DNA of 64,000 nt from the human T2T-CHM13v2.0 reference genome, Homo sapiens: the NCBI RefSeq assembly GCF_009914755.1, contig NC_060927.1; one strand, given 5' to 3'. Both the position numbers and the translations under genes were made by a program. Of the stretch, positions 36,571 through 49,450 are shown in pieces. The first letter of the stretch is position 1, and each line of letters begins with the position of its first letter. The notes under the pieces are model-generated. The model searched no databases and was not told where the DNA came from. It saw only the letters and a program-made list of their open reading frames with translations.

Positions 36571-38849
36571 GCTACCTACCAATTTTTAAATAAACTTTAA
36601 TTTAGTTTAAAATAGTGTTTTTTCAATTGTTGCATATTTGAATTGACTGAGGACTTTAAAAAATGGCAGTGACATATCCCTGCTCTTAGAGATTCTGATT
36701 TAATTTATCTGAGATGAGAACCAAAGATATTTTCTAAATTCACCTTGTGCAATTCCCATATATAGCTTGGGTTGAGATTTTTGACTGAAAATAATATTTC
36801 CCAAAATGTGATCCACAGATCATTGGAGATTTTTATGAATCTTTGAGCTCATCAGAGCGCTCATGATATTAATGTGGATTTTTTTCCTGAAATGAAATAA
36901 TGAATTTTTCATTTTTAAACCTCCTAAGTATCTTCTCAGAATGGGCATCAGTCTCATAAATGCTGTGGTTTGTTTGGTGTTAGTTAGCAAGTTAGGAATC
37001 TGGTTCACTGAATGAAATTACTGTTTTAAAGTATCAGAAAGGACACACTGAGAATGTTGGAGTTGAGAGTTTTAGTCAAGCACATTTAATTTATGGATGA
37101 GGAAGTTGAGGCCAGAGAAATGAGATGTTTTGTCTAACTTCACATAGCTGGTCTGTTCAACACTACGGAGAATCTGGGGCTCGTAACTTTCAGTCCAATA
37201 TTCTTTCTGCTTTATTTACCCCTTGCCTCCCTGGAGCCTTGTCATAGGCTTCAGGCTTCACTTGTTCCCTCTGAGCCATGTCCTAAAAATTCCACCATTT
37301 GTTATTTTAATCCCAATGCTAAATTCTAATTACCATTCAGTGAATTACTGTACAGTAAGCAGATGTGTGTTATTTTCTAGGGGAAATAAAAAGCTGGAAT
37401 GTGATCTACACCTGTACCTTCAGCAGTGTTTCTTCACCAAGAAGTAGCAATCAGCATTAATATATAAACTCAAGTTGCCAGAGTCTCAAATGTAGCATAT
37501 GCAGAGTGCAGGGTAAGGGTTTCTCTTGCCAACAGATAAAATGCACTCCAGGCTCCCACTGGTGTTCGCAAATGCCAGTCACCAAAAGTCAGCTTTCCCC
37601 CTGAAAAGCAAGTTTTGTTTTTGCACAATTAAATGGTACCTTGGTGAAATGAGATAGAGCCTTTCTCATAGGAAGTGATTTTTCTGGGAGCATAAAGTAA
37701 CAAAATGAATCTGTTGTGGATGTGTTTTTGTTGTTGTTGTTTTCTTATATTGCACACAACTTTTTAAAATGACAGAAGTTGGAATGAGGTTGGCAACAAA
37801 CCACGATGGGCTCATTGGCATGCTATAGCCCTTATTGTGTTCAGAAATTAGGATAGAAAATGCTTGGAGGCTTATTTCATACTGTGATTCATTGCATCAT
37901 GTCATCTAGTGGAGTATTATGTTTGTTTCATTCTAATTTCATGGTGATAAATTCTGTACTTTTCCCACCTGGGCTTAACCTAAGTGGTCTCCATGATTGG
38001 GAGGAGGGACTGATTTTTTAAATGTATATTTGCTCAAGATTTGCTCCTGGATCTCCTGAAGATAAGGTGAGTAATGTGGTGAAAGTACTTCCTCTCCTGA
38101 GTATGGAAATCTGGTTCAGTGGTAGCTTAAGGGGATACACACTTCAATTGAAGTCTGAAGCCTGCATATTTCTACATCCTCAAACAGGTTAGCACTTCGG
38201 AGCAGTGGGGGGTTTGTCTCTCAATTTAGACACCTGATGAGTAGATTATAGTGACCAGTTTCAAATATGTCTTCATGGTAGTCATCCATGATCAGACAAA
38301 TGATCAGATTTCCGTGTATTTAATATTGAGTTTTTATAAATGTCTGTCATTTTCTTTTCTTGAAAGGGGTGATGTCCATGCCTCCATCTTTCTTTTACCT
38401 TTCAAAAATTAGTGATGGTAGCAAAACAGACAGTTTCTCAGATTGAAGGAGAGGAAAATTATGCATGACTGAATTTTGACATTATGAGTTGACATCACAG
38501 TATACATCCTCCTAAAGTACAATTTGACAACAAAAAAATCACAAGGTCAGAAAGAAAATCATAGAGCCCATCCACTCAATCTCTTGAAATCAATCATAAT
38601 GATCAAGTGAAAACCATCAAACCCTTAGGTAGGATAGCATATCTGTGAGGAGAGTGTTAGGCTGCATCCCAGTAGGTACATTAAAAAAAATCTCAGTGAG
38701 TATACTCTTTAGCATTGTTAAATATAATCTGATATTCTTATTTAATAGTGATTCAGAATATTGGAGGTCTCTCAAAAAGAGAAAGTTTTGCAAAGAAGAA
38801 AATACTCTTTCGGGATTTTAATTTTTAAAACTAAATTATAAATATTCAA

Positions 38850-39486
38850 AACATAATGTACAGAAGTTGATACCAATTCATATCCATGTATTCACAGCCT
38901 TTGAAAAAATGGGATTATCTTGCTTTAGGTTCAGTTTAGTTACAGACGCAATTGAATTCTTAAACTACAGATACAAACATATCCTTTCTCACCTCTATCT
39001 CTTCTTTTCTGCCTCTTCAGATGTATTAAATATTCCAAAGTGAATGTTTCCTTCTTATTCATGAGTTTATACTTTTGTTACAAATTCATTTATCAAAAAA
39101 TGTATAGTATTTGGTGGTGTTAACATATATTTAAATGACATGCTATAATACAATATCCTTGGCTGCTGGCCTGCTTCCCCCTGTATTTGATATGATCAAC
39201 ATGGATTCTAGTTCATTTATTTTAAATGCAGTGTAACACTATTTTCTGACTGCACCATGATGTATTTACCTGTTCTTGTACTACTGGGCATTTAAGCTTC
39301 TTTTTGGGAAACCACAGCAGTGAGTTTTTCCTGGTATATACAGCCTCCTGATATAAACATTTCTCTAGGGCATATTCCCACAGATGTTGAATCACTGGGT
39401 TGTAGGGTACGTGTGTCAACTTTACTAGTATTGCCAAATTGTTTTCTGAAATGGTTGTTCTAATTTATATTCCTACCAACAGTGTT
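38850..39486 (-). mobile_element. Old L1M fragment (host of the Alu/L1 pair at 39.5-40.6 kb)
   Basis: gttcatttattttaaatgcagtgtaa.actatt...tgccaaattgtttt.tgaaatggttgt.ctaatttatattcctaccaacagtgt. Confidence 0.65.
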
Positions 39487-39499
39487 AAGAGTTCCCTTA

Positions 39500-39801
39500 G
39501 GCTGGGCGCAGTGGTTCACGCCTGTAATCCCAGCACTTTGGGAGGCCGAGGCACGTGGATCATGAGGTCAGGAGATCGAGACCATGCTGGCTAACAGGGT
39601 GAAACCCCGTCTCTACTAAAAATACAAAAAATTAGCCCAGGCGTGGTGGCATGCGCCTGTAGTCCCAGTTACTTGGGAGATTGAGGCAGGAGAATCACTT
39701 GAACCCAGGATTTAGAGGTTGCAGTGAGCCGAGACTGTGCCACTGCACTCCAGCCTGTGTGAACAGAGTGAGCCTCTGTCTCAAAAAAAAAAAAAAAAAA
39801 A
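39500..39801 (+). mobile_element. AluSc-type
   Basis: gatcatgaggtcaggagatcgagaccat.ctggctaaca; TSD aagagttccctta at 39487-39499 and 39802-39814. Confidence 0.93.
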
Positions 39802-39815
39802 AAGAGTTCCCTTAA

Positions 39816-40625
39816 ACTTCTACACTTTTGGTGGGAGTGTAAATTAGTTCAACCATTGTGAAAAGCAGTATGGCAATTCCTCAAAGAACTAAAAGCAGAA
39901 CTACCATTTGATCCAGCAATCCCATTACTGAGTATATGCCCAAGGAATATAAATCATTCTACCATAAAGACACATGCACACGAATGTTCACTGCAGCACT
40001 CTTCACAATAGCAAAGACATGGAATCAGCCTAAATGCCCATCAATGATAGATTGGATAAAGAAAATGTGGAACATATACACCATGAAACACTATGCAGCC
40101 ATAAAAAAGGATGAGATTATGTCTTTTGTGGCATCATGGATGGAGCTGGAGGCTATTATCATCAGCAAATGAACACTAGAACAGAAAACCAAATACCACA
40201 TGTTTTCACTTATAAGTGGGAGCTAAATGATGAGAACTTATGAACACAGATGTGGAAACAACAGACACTTGAGGTCTACTTGAGGGTGGAGGGTGGGAGG
40301 AGGGAGAGCAGAAAAGATAACTATTAGGTACTGGGCTTAATTCCTGGGTGATGAAATAATCTCTACAACAAACTCCCGTGACATGAGTTTACCTATGTAA
40401 CAAACCTTCACATGTACCCCGAACCTAAAATAAAAGTTAAACAAAAAAAGAATGCAAAACAAACATGAATCAACACCTAGAATGAGTAATTACATGAGCA
40501 TGTTAACAATATTAATATTTTGTTAATGAAACTAAGGGTGGTGGATTTCAACCCCCAAATTTTCATAGTGTGTGTTACTTTTATAATGGAAAATGTCCCA
40601 ATAAACTATTTTTAAACCTAAAAAA
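39816..40625 (+). mobile_element. L1PA13-16-type 3' end with ~170-bp 3' transduction
   Basis: ORF2 tail [16 protein letters not shown]; L1 end aataaaagtt at ~40440; extra sequence with AATAAA at 40600-40605, an A-run, then a third TSD copy aggagttcccttaa at 40626-40639. Confidence 0.85.
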
Positions 40626-41739
40626 AGGAGTTCCCTTAATTTGCTTATAGTTGATGTTATGCCCTGGCTGGTTCCAGTCTGCATACCCCTCCTCACTCCA
40701 TAGTTACGGCCTCTTGAAAAGTCTTGCGGTCTCAGTCTTATCAACTTTTCTTGAACAGATATTGCCCTTTCTTAGCAGGTTTGATGGAGCTGCAATCCAC
40801 TACCCTTTAGCTCATTGGTGGATTGTGCCTGCTGCAAGTTTGGGTTTTATTTTATGACTTCAAATAACTAGACTTCTCTTTTATATTAAAGGCTCTTGGC
40901 CCCACATTCTGAAAAGTAGATCTTTCTACTCTATCTCAGCTGTTCCTTTAGGATCCTACATGAAATGTAGGATGAGACTTTATCTGACTTAAAGTTTCTC
41001 TCCCAAGGATTGAAATTCAGCCCCTGAAATTCAGTCTGCTTCCCAGGACTTTGATTGATGCTCCTGGGCTTTTCTGTGACATGAGTCTTCCTCCTCATGC
41101 TTCAACAACCCTCTCTTGTCTGCTTTTGGACTTCTGTCTCTATTTCTAGAAGGTTGTCCTTTATTTGTTACCATACTTGCAAGCAGAGTGTTTTCTGACT
41201 GGGCTCCCTGTCTTGTCGCCTTTCTGACCTCGAGGGCTGGTCTAGTTCCAGGATGAGTTAATCTTGTTCCTCTATGGATTCTGCCATTGATGCCATTAAA
41301 GAACAAGATTTATTGCTGTCACCTCCAGAAGTGATTTCATGCTGTTTGAAACAATCTTGTGCAAAGTGTTGTCAATTAAAACAAAACCAAACAAAACTGT
41401 TTCCTTTTTGAGTAATCTTTGAAAATCATAATCACTTTCAGGAGTACAAGATATTCCAATGTCTTCTCCATAGATGTGACTAATATTCACATTCTGGTGG
41501 CCAAGCTGCAAATGACTGTCTTTGGCTCAAATATCCAGAGAATATCGCAAAACCAAAGGCCTGAGAAAAGCATTATAAAGAGAGAGAGAGAAAAAAATCT
41601 CTTTAACAAGGGATTTCTGAAGTAATATGTGTTCATTTTAGAAAATTTGGAAAAATACAGCAATGCAAAAAGAGAATCATAGATGACCTTAGAACAACTA
41701 TTAACTTTTTGCACCAGTTGAGATATAAACATACCCACG

Positions 41740-42090
41740 AGTATATTAGTTTAATAAATGTCTGAGTGCCTACCTAGATGCTAGGAGTAAAAAGAGAGTG
41801 ATAAATAAATCAAACGTAGATCTACCACTTAGGGAGTTTAAAGTCTATCAGAGGGAGTCAAGTAACAGATAAATAACGAAATTTGTGAAAAATTGGAAGG
41901 CTGGTATTTCTGACAAAAAATCATTTCCTCTGAGTTTCACAGGATGAGAAAAACAGGCACGTGAAGATCAAGGGGGAGAGTGCTTCAGGGAAAGGGAAAT
42001 GCATGTGAAGAATGTATACAGGCATGAGAGAGGTTTTATTGCCTAAATTTAGGAAGAGACAATAACGGCTTTTTATGGTGGAGTCAAAGG
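41740..42090 (-). mobile_element. L2 fragment
   Basis: taataaatgtctgagtgcctac.tagatgctagga...gggagtttaaagtcta. Confidence 0.5.
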
Positions 42091-42270
42091 GAGCTAAGAA
42101 TGTATACACTGTTAAAATGTGCAATGTAATTTTAATGTACAACTAGTAACAGATGAATTAAAAATTAAAAAGATGTACTTTAGAATAAAATAATAGGATA
42201 TATTTTTATTTTTTATGAAATTGCAAACATGTATATACTATTTTACCACTTTCTTTTAAAGCATAAGTCT

Positions 42271-42449
42271 AGCTAGGCATGGTGGCATGTACCTGTAGTC
42301 CCAGCTACTCGGGAGGCTGAAGGAAGAGGATCCCTCGAGCCTGGGAGTTCAAGGATGTGGTGTGCTGTGAGCGCACCTGTGAATAGTCACCACATGCCAT
42401 CCAACCTGGGCAATATAGTGAGAATCCATATATTAAAAAATAAAAAAAA
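42271..42449 (+). mobile_element. FAM (fossil Alu monomer)
   Basis: Monomer with the FAM-specific segment gtgctgtga.cgcacctgtgaatag. Confidence 0.85.
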
Positions 42450-44499
42450 GTTTTTTGACACATAGCCAAGTCTAAACATGTAGAAATTTACAGATTGGCT
42501 TAAATATTTGTGATAACTATAAAAATTCCACATCTCCAACTGTTTATATGTTATTCTTACACACGTAGGTAGTACTAAACCAAAGGGATCTTTTTCCCTG
42601 ATACAAATGTGGAGTAAAAGTTTACATACAGCAAAGAAGGATTGATTGCAGCCTACAATTCTACTCCCTAGAATTTTTCTATCATGAATGAAGCCCTTCC
42701 ATTTTTCATCACGATAGGAGTGGTTTATCAGATTTTCCTAGAGCAATTCCAATTTTGCTTATCAGTTAGGACTAAAATGTGTCATCTTCCTTTCTATATT
42801 TAGGAACTGTAGGAAGCTGTGCTATGGCATGTGAGATGTGAGGAGCATCTGTTAGAGAGAATGCTGGAGCTGAAGGTGTGAGAGGTTTCAAGAAACGATA
42901 AGCTTTGGGCTCAGCTTCCCCCTAGGATTACAAAGGGCTTGCACATATTAGAGAGCTAATTTTTAGCATATTTCCATGAAGGCAGATTTTATCTTCCATA
43001 AATGCTTAGATTCATAGAAATGGTGAGTTGGCTCAATGCTGATCCTTTTATGTCTAGCTTGATGTTTACAGTAACTCTGGAGGTAGAGGGTTAGTGACTT
43101 ATATTTTAACCAGTTCCTTGTTTAACACAGTCATCTTATCTTGGCTATTGCTTAACACTTTTTTTAGGGCTCCAAAGAAATACATACATATGTATAAAAT
43201 TGTTTTGGATTTTTGTGTCCCAGTGTTACAGAAAATTTCTAGAAATATGCATGAACCAGTCAGATATTCTCTAAGTGAGTTTAATTTTATTTCTTTGACT
43301 TACATTTTATTTCTATTAGTATACCTTTCAGTGTTACAGAAAGGCAGATCTACCATTTGTGTTACGTTGGATTTTTCAGGCCATTGCATCCTTTTCCTGT
43401 TTATTATGTTGAGGCCCCCTCAGTTATCCACTGAACTGATTACCAAACAACCTCTCCTAGAGTTTTGGTGTTATCTCTACCTGTTTTTTCAACCACGTTC
43501 TCTTGAAAGAATCTTTAATTTAGGCTCATATCTACAATAAAATATAATAAAATAATGGCTTTATTTTTGTTTTAATTATGACAAGGTAATTTATGCCTGA
43601 TTTGTTTATTTACTTAGAACTCATAATAGTTATTCACATTTCAGCCTGATTTAAGCATTATTTTTTATGGTTGTTTTGAGATGGATCTTAAACCATCAAA
43701 TGTTCCCAGCAAAAGATGGCATTTTTTTCAGAAATATAGACATTAAACTTAATGAAACTTACTTTGCCAAATTCATACCATGCTTCTATTTATTTCCCTA
43801 TGATAAATACCTTCTTACATCTCATTTGTTTCAGATTATCTTTCTACTTCCTATTACCCAAGAAAATATTGTTTTTTTGCTTGTTCAGGTCAAATGTTTA
43901 AATCAATTGATCAATATTTCAGTACTTGCTGTTAGACAAATACAATTACTCATTTCTTCTCTGCCATCACTCAGAGTGTTTTCTCCTTCTGGTATACTGT
44001 TCCTCTCTTGTCATGTTCTTTTACTTTCACTGAAACCCTTCCTCAGTTTTAAAGTGGAGCTCAAATCACACATTCCTGGTGTCAGTTTGTCCATTTTCTG
44101 GATTTCCCCAGATCTTCTCATTTGGAATTACACTCTCCCTTCAGTAATCATTCATCATACTGTGAACACTTATCACCACCTGCCTTGTGTTCTATGTAGG
44201 TGAGGATGTTTTTGTTTTCCCACTATGGTAACAATTACTAATGGACAAATTCCCTACATTTTGTAACCCTCAGGGTACTTACCTTATTCATAATATGTTT
44301 CCAGGAATGTTGAGTACATTAAATGAGTAAGTTTCTTAGCCAAGGTATTGATTCCATTGAATTTACTGGTCTTCAAATATTTGTATCTGTCTACTTTGTC
44401 AAGATATGTAAGAAAGGCAATGAATGACATTAATATTTTCCATGGAAACTACCGACTTTCAGTTCTATGTTACCTCCTTTCAGTTCTGTTTTACGTCTG

Positions 44500-44680
44500 T
44501 TTTAGCCTTGCGTTATCAAATCAATTAACTTTTGAAGCCTCAGTTTGATCATCTGAAAAAAGGAAATAATGATATCTCCTCATTGTTGTGATAATTACAT
44601 AGATAATAATTGCAAGGAGCTTGACACCATACTGTAGCATATAGAAAGTACTCAATAAATGCCAATTACCATCAACAGAT
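44500..44680 (+). mobile_element. MIR SINE
   Basis: gcctcagtttg.tcatctg.aaaa.ggaaataatga...agtactcaataaatg. Confidence 0.65.
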
Positions 44681-45264
44681 AGTAATAACTGTTACTATTG
44701 TCTTCATTATTAACTTTTTACTCAGGATACATCTTAGGTATCCAAGGAGACTGACTCTGGAAAAAACATGAATTAGAACTCAGATTTCCTGATAGTATCT
44801 TTATCAGAAAAAAGGTAGAGAAGTGAATATTTCTGTCCATTTTATGAAAGGACAATCTTGATGCACATTAATACTTCATCTCAAGCCAGAATGTAAGATT
44901 CGGACCGGGGCCATCAAATAATCCTGCTTGAGTGATTCTACCTTGTTTCTAAGTAGTCATTGCCTGCAGAGTTTTGATGAAACATCTAATAGAGAAATTG
45001 TGGAGAGGTATCATATGTAATTGACAGAATACAATTGGTTGTACTGAAATATCTTCCTTATGCTAAAAGAATGAAAACATTGATGCATCCCAGATTTGTG
45101 GGCCTTTCGTTGGAAGTTTGTGGAGATGGAAATTTAATGTAAAGGGAAACATTTGTTTTTCCTCTGAGGAAGTCTGAAAACTTCTGCATTTCAGATTTTA
45201 GGTTAAATTTTTCATTCACATTAACATTTCTGTCTTTTAGCTGATGTATAGCTCAAAATATCTC

Positions 45265-46518
45265 AGATCCCCTACCTCACACCATATACAAATACTAATT
45301 TAAAATTAATTACAAATCATCTAAATATAAGAGCCAAAACTCTGAGAAGAAAACATGGGAGAAAAATCTTTATGACGTTGGATTAGGCATTCTCTTGAGA
45401 TAAGACAAAAAAAAAAAGACAAGTGACAAAAGGAAAAGATAGATTGCACTTTATCAAAATTAAAAAAATTTCCTTCAAAGGCTGCCATTAAAGAAATAAA
45501 AGACATCCCAAGGAGGTGGAGAAAATACTTGTACATATATATCTGATATGGGACTTATAACTAGAATACATAAAATCTCTTAAAATTCAACAATAACAAG
45601 AATAATAACCAAGTTAAAACATGGCAAAGGATTTGAATAGACACAGCTTCAAAGAAGATATACTAGTAGCGAGCATGCATATGAAACAATGCTCAAAATG
45701 ATTGGTCATCAGGTAAATGCAAATAAAAGTCACAATGAGATACCCTGTTACAATTACTAGGATGGTTAAAATAAAAAAGACAGTAATAACACTTTTTAAA
45801 TAATAAGCAAAATGTGCAGAAATTGAAACCCTCATACACTGCTGGTAGAATTATAAAATAATGCAGCCAATTTGGTAGACATCTTAACAATTCCTCAAAA
45901 TGGTAAAATAGAGTTAACATTTCACCCAGTAATGCCACTACTAGGTATATACCCAAGAGAAATGAAAACATAAATGAACACCAAAACCTGTGTATGAATG
46001 TTTATAACAGCATGATTCATAGTTGCCAAAAAGTGGAATCAACCCAGATGTTCATTAACTGATAAGTTAGTACACGAAATGTGTTTATATCCAAATAGTG
46101 GAATGCTGTTCAGCAATGAAGAGGAATACTGATGCTACAAAATGGATAAACCTTGGAAACATTCTGCTAAGTGAAAGAAAGTAGTCACAAGGGATCACAT
46201 ATTATATGATACTGTTTATATGACATGTCCACATTAGGCAAATCCATAGAGACAGAAACTAGATAAGTAGTTGCCAGGGGCTGGGAGGAGAGGAGAGTAG
46301 GCAGTGACTCCAAAGAAAACATGAGAGTAAATGTATGTGGGCTGATTTTTGTGAAGATGAAAATGTTCTGAAATTGGGTGGAAACTCTTGGAAAGTACTA
46401 AAAACCATTGAATTGTATACTTTATTTTTAATTTTTTTAAATAGGCACAGAACCAATACATGAATTGTATACTTTGAAGGAGTGAATTTTATATTATATT
46501 AATAATATCTCAATAAAA
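45265..46518 (+). mobile_element. L1MB-type 3' fragment (~1.25 kb)
   Basis: cctacctcacaccatataca...ctactaggtatatacccaagagaaatgaaaaca...ggcaaatccatagagacagaaa.tagat.agt.gttgccaggggctggg...tctcaataaa. Confidence 0.88.
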
Positions 46519-46959
46519 CTCTTGAGGGATATAAGAATTTATACGCACAACCCCCCACACCCCCAACACACACCCCAGGGTACCAAACAGAAAAATGAGT
46601 CAGATTCAGGCTCCCTAGTAAAACTTATCATTATAAATAAGCTATCGTTGGCCTTATCAAATGTGCTTCCTGAAAAGAATGCTGAGATATATGGAATTTG
46701 TAAGTCAGATTGTCATTCTGTCATCTTTCTCATCTTTCTCTAAACTAAACAAACACTGGAATTACCACCATTATGTTTGTCCACATTGTTTATTACCTTC
46801 CCCAACCCCTAAAAGCCACTACAGACTTCTAATCCATCATAAAAGAATCTGACAGAAGCCCACCACGATGACTTAAGTATATCACAGGGAAGTCACATTG
46901 CTTGTGCTACCATGTTTTATGCCCCATTTTGCATTCTTTGGATGCGAATTTTGGCTCCC

Positions 46960-47350
46960 ACCTTAGCTGCAAAATCAGGTTGCATTCTGCTTAGGGCTTG
47001 TTTTCTGTGTTAGGGTTTACCAAATATTGAGAGTTAATAGCTTCTGAGAACCTTCACCAAAGGGGAATGGAGAGCCAGTAAGTAAAGGCACTCCTTTACT
47101 GTTCTAGGTGGACAACTTGGAAGGTAATTTTACACTGTTCCGTCCAGTTGCCCTGTGGGTGTCCGTGGTGGTAACCAGTTTAATAACCCTCCCTTGGATT
47201 ACCTTTCTATCCCTGCTTTTCCCATGCTTCCTAGGCATCCCTCCATATATCCTTCCCCCTTCTGTTTCATGGTATCCCTTCTAAAACTAAACTTCTTGTA
47301 TATAAGCCCTTAACTCAGTGTCTGTTTTTAGGAGATGTCAAGCTGACACA
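46960..47350 (+). mobile_element. LTR16-like ERVL LTR
   Basis: ggtggacaact.gga...ccagttgccc...gtggtggtaaccag.ttaataac...cttgta.ataagccctt.actcag.gtctg. Confidence 0.5.
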
Positions 47351-47450
47351 CTGTCTGATTTTTAGAATATCAAGGACCCTAGGTGAACTACTTAATGTTT
47401 CTGTGTCTCAGTTGCTTCATCTATGTGGAATAATAATTATTATTGCCTCC

Positions 47451-48532
47451 TGTGCAGAAAAGAGTTGACAGAGTAGGCCTGATAATGCTATTCTTACAGA
47501 GGCCTGCTTATGAGAATGTCCCTTGGCTGGCATCTGGGATCGTGGCTGGTACAGATATAAAATTCTCCCTTACTGATTAGAGTGGATCACCATGCCTAGA
47601 CTGTACAATGTGGTTTATGCTGCATGCCTGCATCCTTCTGGGAGTTTGGAATTGTGGTACATGGTAGTATAAGGGAGGGAAAATGGCTTCCCGCTTTGAC
47701 ACAAGGCTGGTTAACAGAGAAAAAAACCCTAATTACATATGTAAGTGCAGCCATCCCACAAAACGGGGTCCCACAACTTGAAGAAGGGTCAGATGATTGA
47801 AGCTTATGTAGCGTCCTGAGCTTACACAAAGGGATAGGAATTTGGGGCTTCTTGGGGGGCAGGTAGGTGTGGAGAGATAAGAGACAGGAGGGTGAGGTGA
47901 ATACAGGATATCTTCTTATGCAGATAAATGTCTTTCAGGTAATAAAAGTTGTCTGGAGTAGCCCTCATATAGATATTTTTTACTAACGTAGATTTCTTTT
48001 ATAGATTTAAGTTTCTTTTACAAAAGGACAGCTTTTCAGAGCTACTCCTGTGGCTGCAGTTTCTTAGAATTACCAGCCAAATGTATGCCAAAGAAATATA
48101 TTTTAGGGTGGCACATTCTGGTCTTCTACAGTCATATTTTCGGGTGGTGTGTCCTGAGCCTCAACAATAGGCAGAGCATACCTATGTGACCAGCTTCTCC
48201 TTCCTCACCTGCTCCTCTCAAAAAATACCCACCTGGGCACTGAGTTCCTAATAGGCATCCCTGGACGGAAATAGTCCACATGTGTTGTTGCATTTTTGTT
48301 CCTGGGAAAGACGATAGTCTGTGAGACCACCTCATGGGAGAGAGAGAGCATAAGGAAGCTTGCACATGAGTTCCTCCAAATTCTACCTGGGTCCTTTCCC
48401 CTTATTATTCAACTGTGTACCATTACTGCACAGTTGTCATATATTTTTGCCATGAGTACAACTTAGATTCTGAGTCCTGTGAGTTCTAGTGAATCTCTGA
48501 GTAGAGGTCTGGTCTTGGGAATCCTTGACACA
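47451..48532 (+). mobile_element. MER21-type LTR inserted in a MIR (47375-47450 / 48533-48620) and itself interrupted
   Basis: tgtgcagaaaagagtt.aca.ag.aggcctga...ctgagtcctgtgag...ggtcttgggaa.cc.tgacaca; the MIR resumes on both sides. Confidence 0.8.
47668..48166 (-). mobile_element. MER34/MER39-group ERV1 solo LTR nested in MER21
   Basis: ttatgcagataaa...atgccaaagaa.tatatttt.gggtggca.attctggtc...cctgagcc.caaca; 4-bp TSD gtag/atag. Confidence 0.72.
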
Positions 48533-48765
48533 CTTGCTATGGTTGTTGAGAAGATTAAATGAGGTAATATAGAAGACTTTAGCACAATGCTTCTAACATC
48601 CTAAATGTGCAGTAAATGTTAAGATTTACTAAAGTACATCCTGTCAGCTCAATATGGGGTATCAGTTGGCTCTGGGATTCCCGAGTTAATCAGGTTGACT
48701 CAATCTGTAAAAGTCATATTAGATACTCAAGAACCATAAAATGATATTAGAAGTACTAAGGTTTG

Positions 48766-49068
48766 GGTCGGGCGCGGTGGCTCACGCCTGTAATCCCAGC
48801 ATTTTGGGAGGCCGAGGCGGGTGGATCACGAGGTCAGGAGATGAAGACTATCCTGGCTAACTTGGTGAAACCCCGTCTCTACTAAAAAATACAAAAATTA
48901 GCCGGTTGCGGTGGTGGGCGCCTGTAGTCCCAGCTACTCGGGAGGCTGAGGCAGGAGAATGGCGTGAACCCGGGAGGTAGAGCTTGCAAGTGAGCCGAGA
49001 TCGCACCACTGCACTCCAGCCTGGGCGACAGGGCGAGACTCTGTACCCACCACCCCCCAAAAAAAAAA
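48766..49068 (+). mobile_element. AluY
   Basis: ggagaatggcgtgaacccgggagg.agagcttgca; 17-bp TSD agaagta(c/a)taaggtttg at 48749-48765 and 49069-49085. Confidence 0.95.
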
Positions 49069-49133
49069 AGAAGTAATAAGGTTTGAATTTAGCTTAGTAA
49101 TGCTCAGTGCAATTGCTTTAAAACCCAGGTCCT

Positions 49134-49450
49134 GCCAGGCGCATTGGCTCACACCTGCAATCCCAGCATTTTGGGAGGCCGAGGCGGGTGGATCACGAGG
49201 TCAGGAGTTCAAGACAAGCCTGGCCAAGATGGTGAAACCCCCTCTCTACTAAAAATACAAAAAAGTAGCCGGGTGTGGTGGTGGGCGCCTGTAATCCCAG
49301 CTACTTGGGAGGCTGAGGCAGAGAATTGCTTAAATCCGGGTGGCAGAGCTTGCAGTGAGCCGAGATCGCGCTGCTGCACTCCGGCCTGGACAACAGAGCT
49401 GAGACTCCATTTCAAAAAACAAACAAACAAAAAACAAAAACAAACAAACA
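49134..49450 (+). mobile_element. AluSg-group
   Basis: gatcacgaggtcaggagttc...ggccaagatggtgaaacc; (AAAC)n tail; TSD aaaacccaggtcct at 49120-49133 and 49451-49464. Confidence 0.92.

Noticed and set aside
43094-44203. Two hydrophobic ORFs of 148 and 178 aa
   Set aside because: F/L/I/S-rich composition expected from T-rich non-coding DNA; partly overlaps an L2-like fragment; no recognisable domain.
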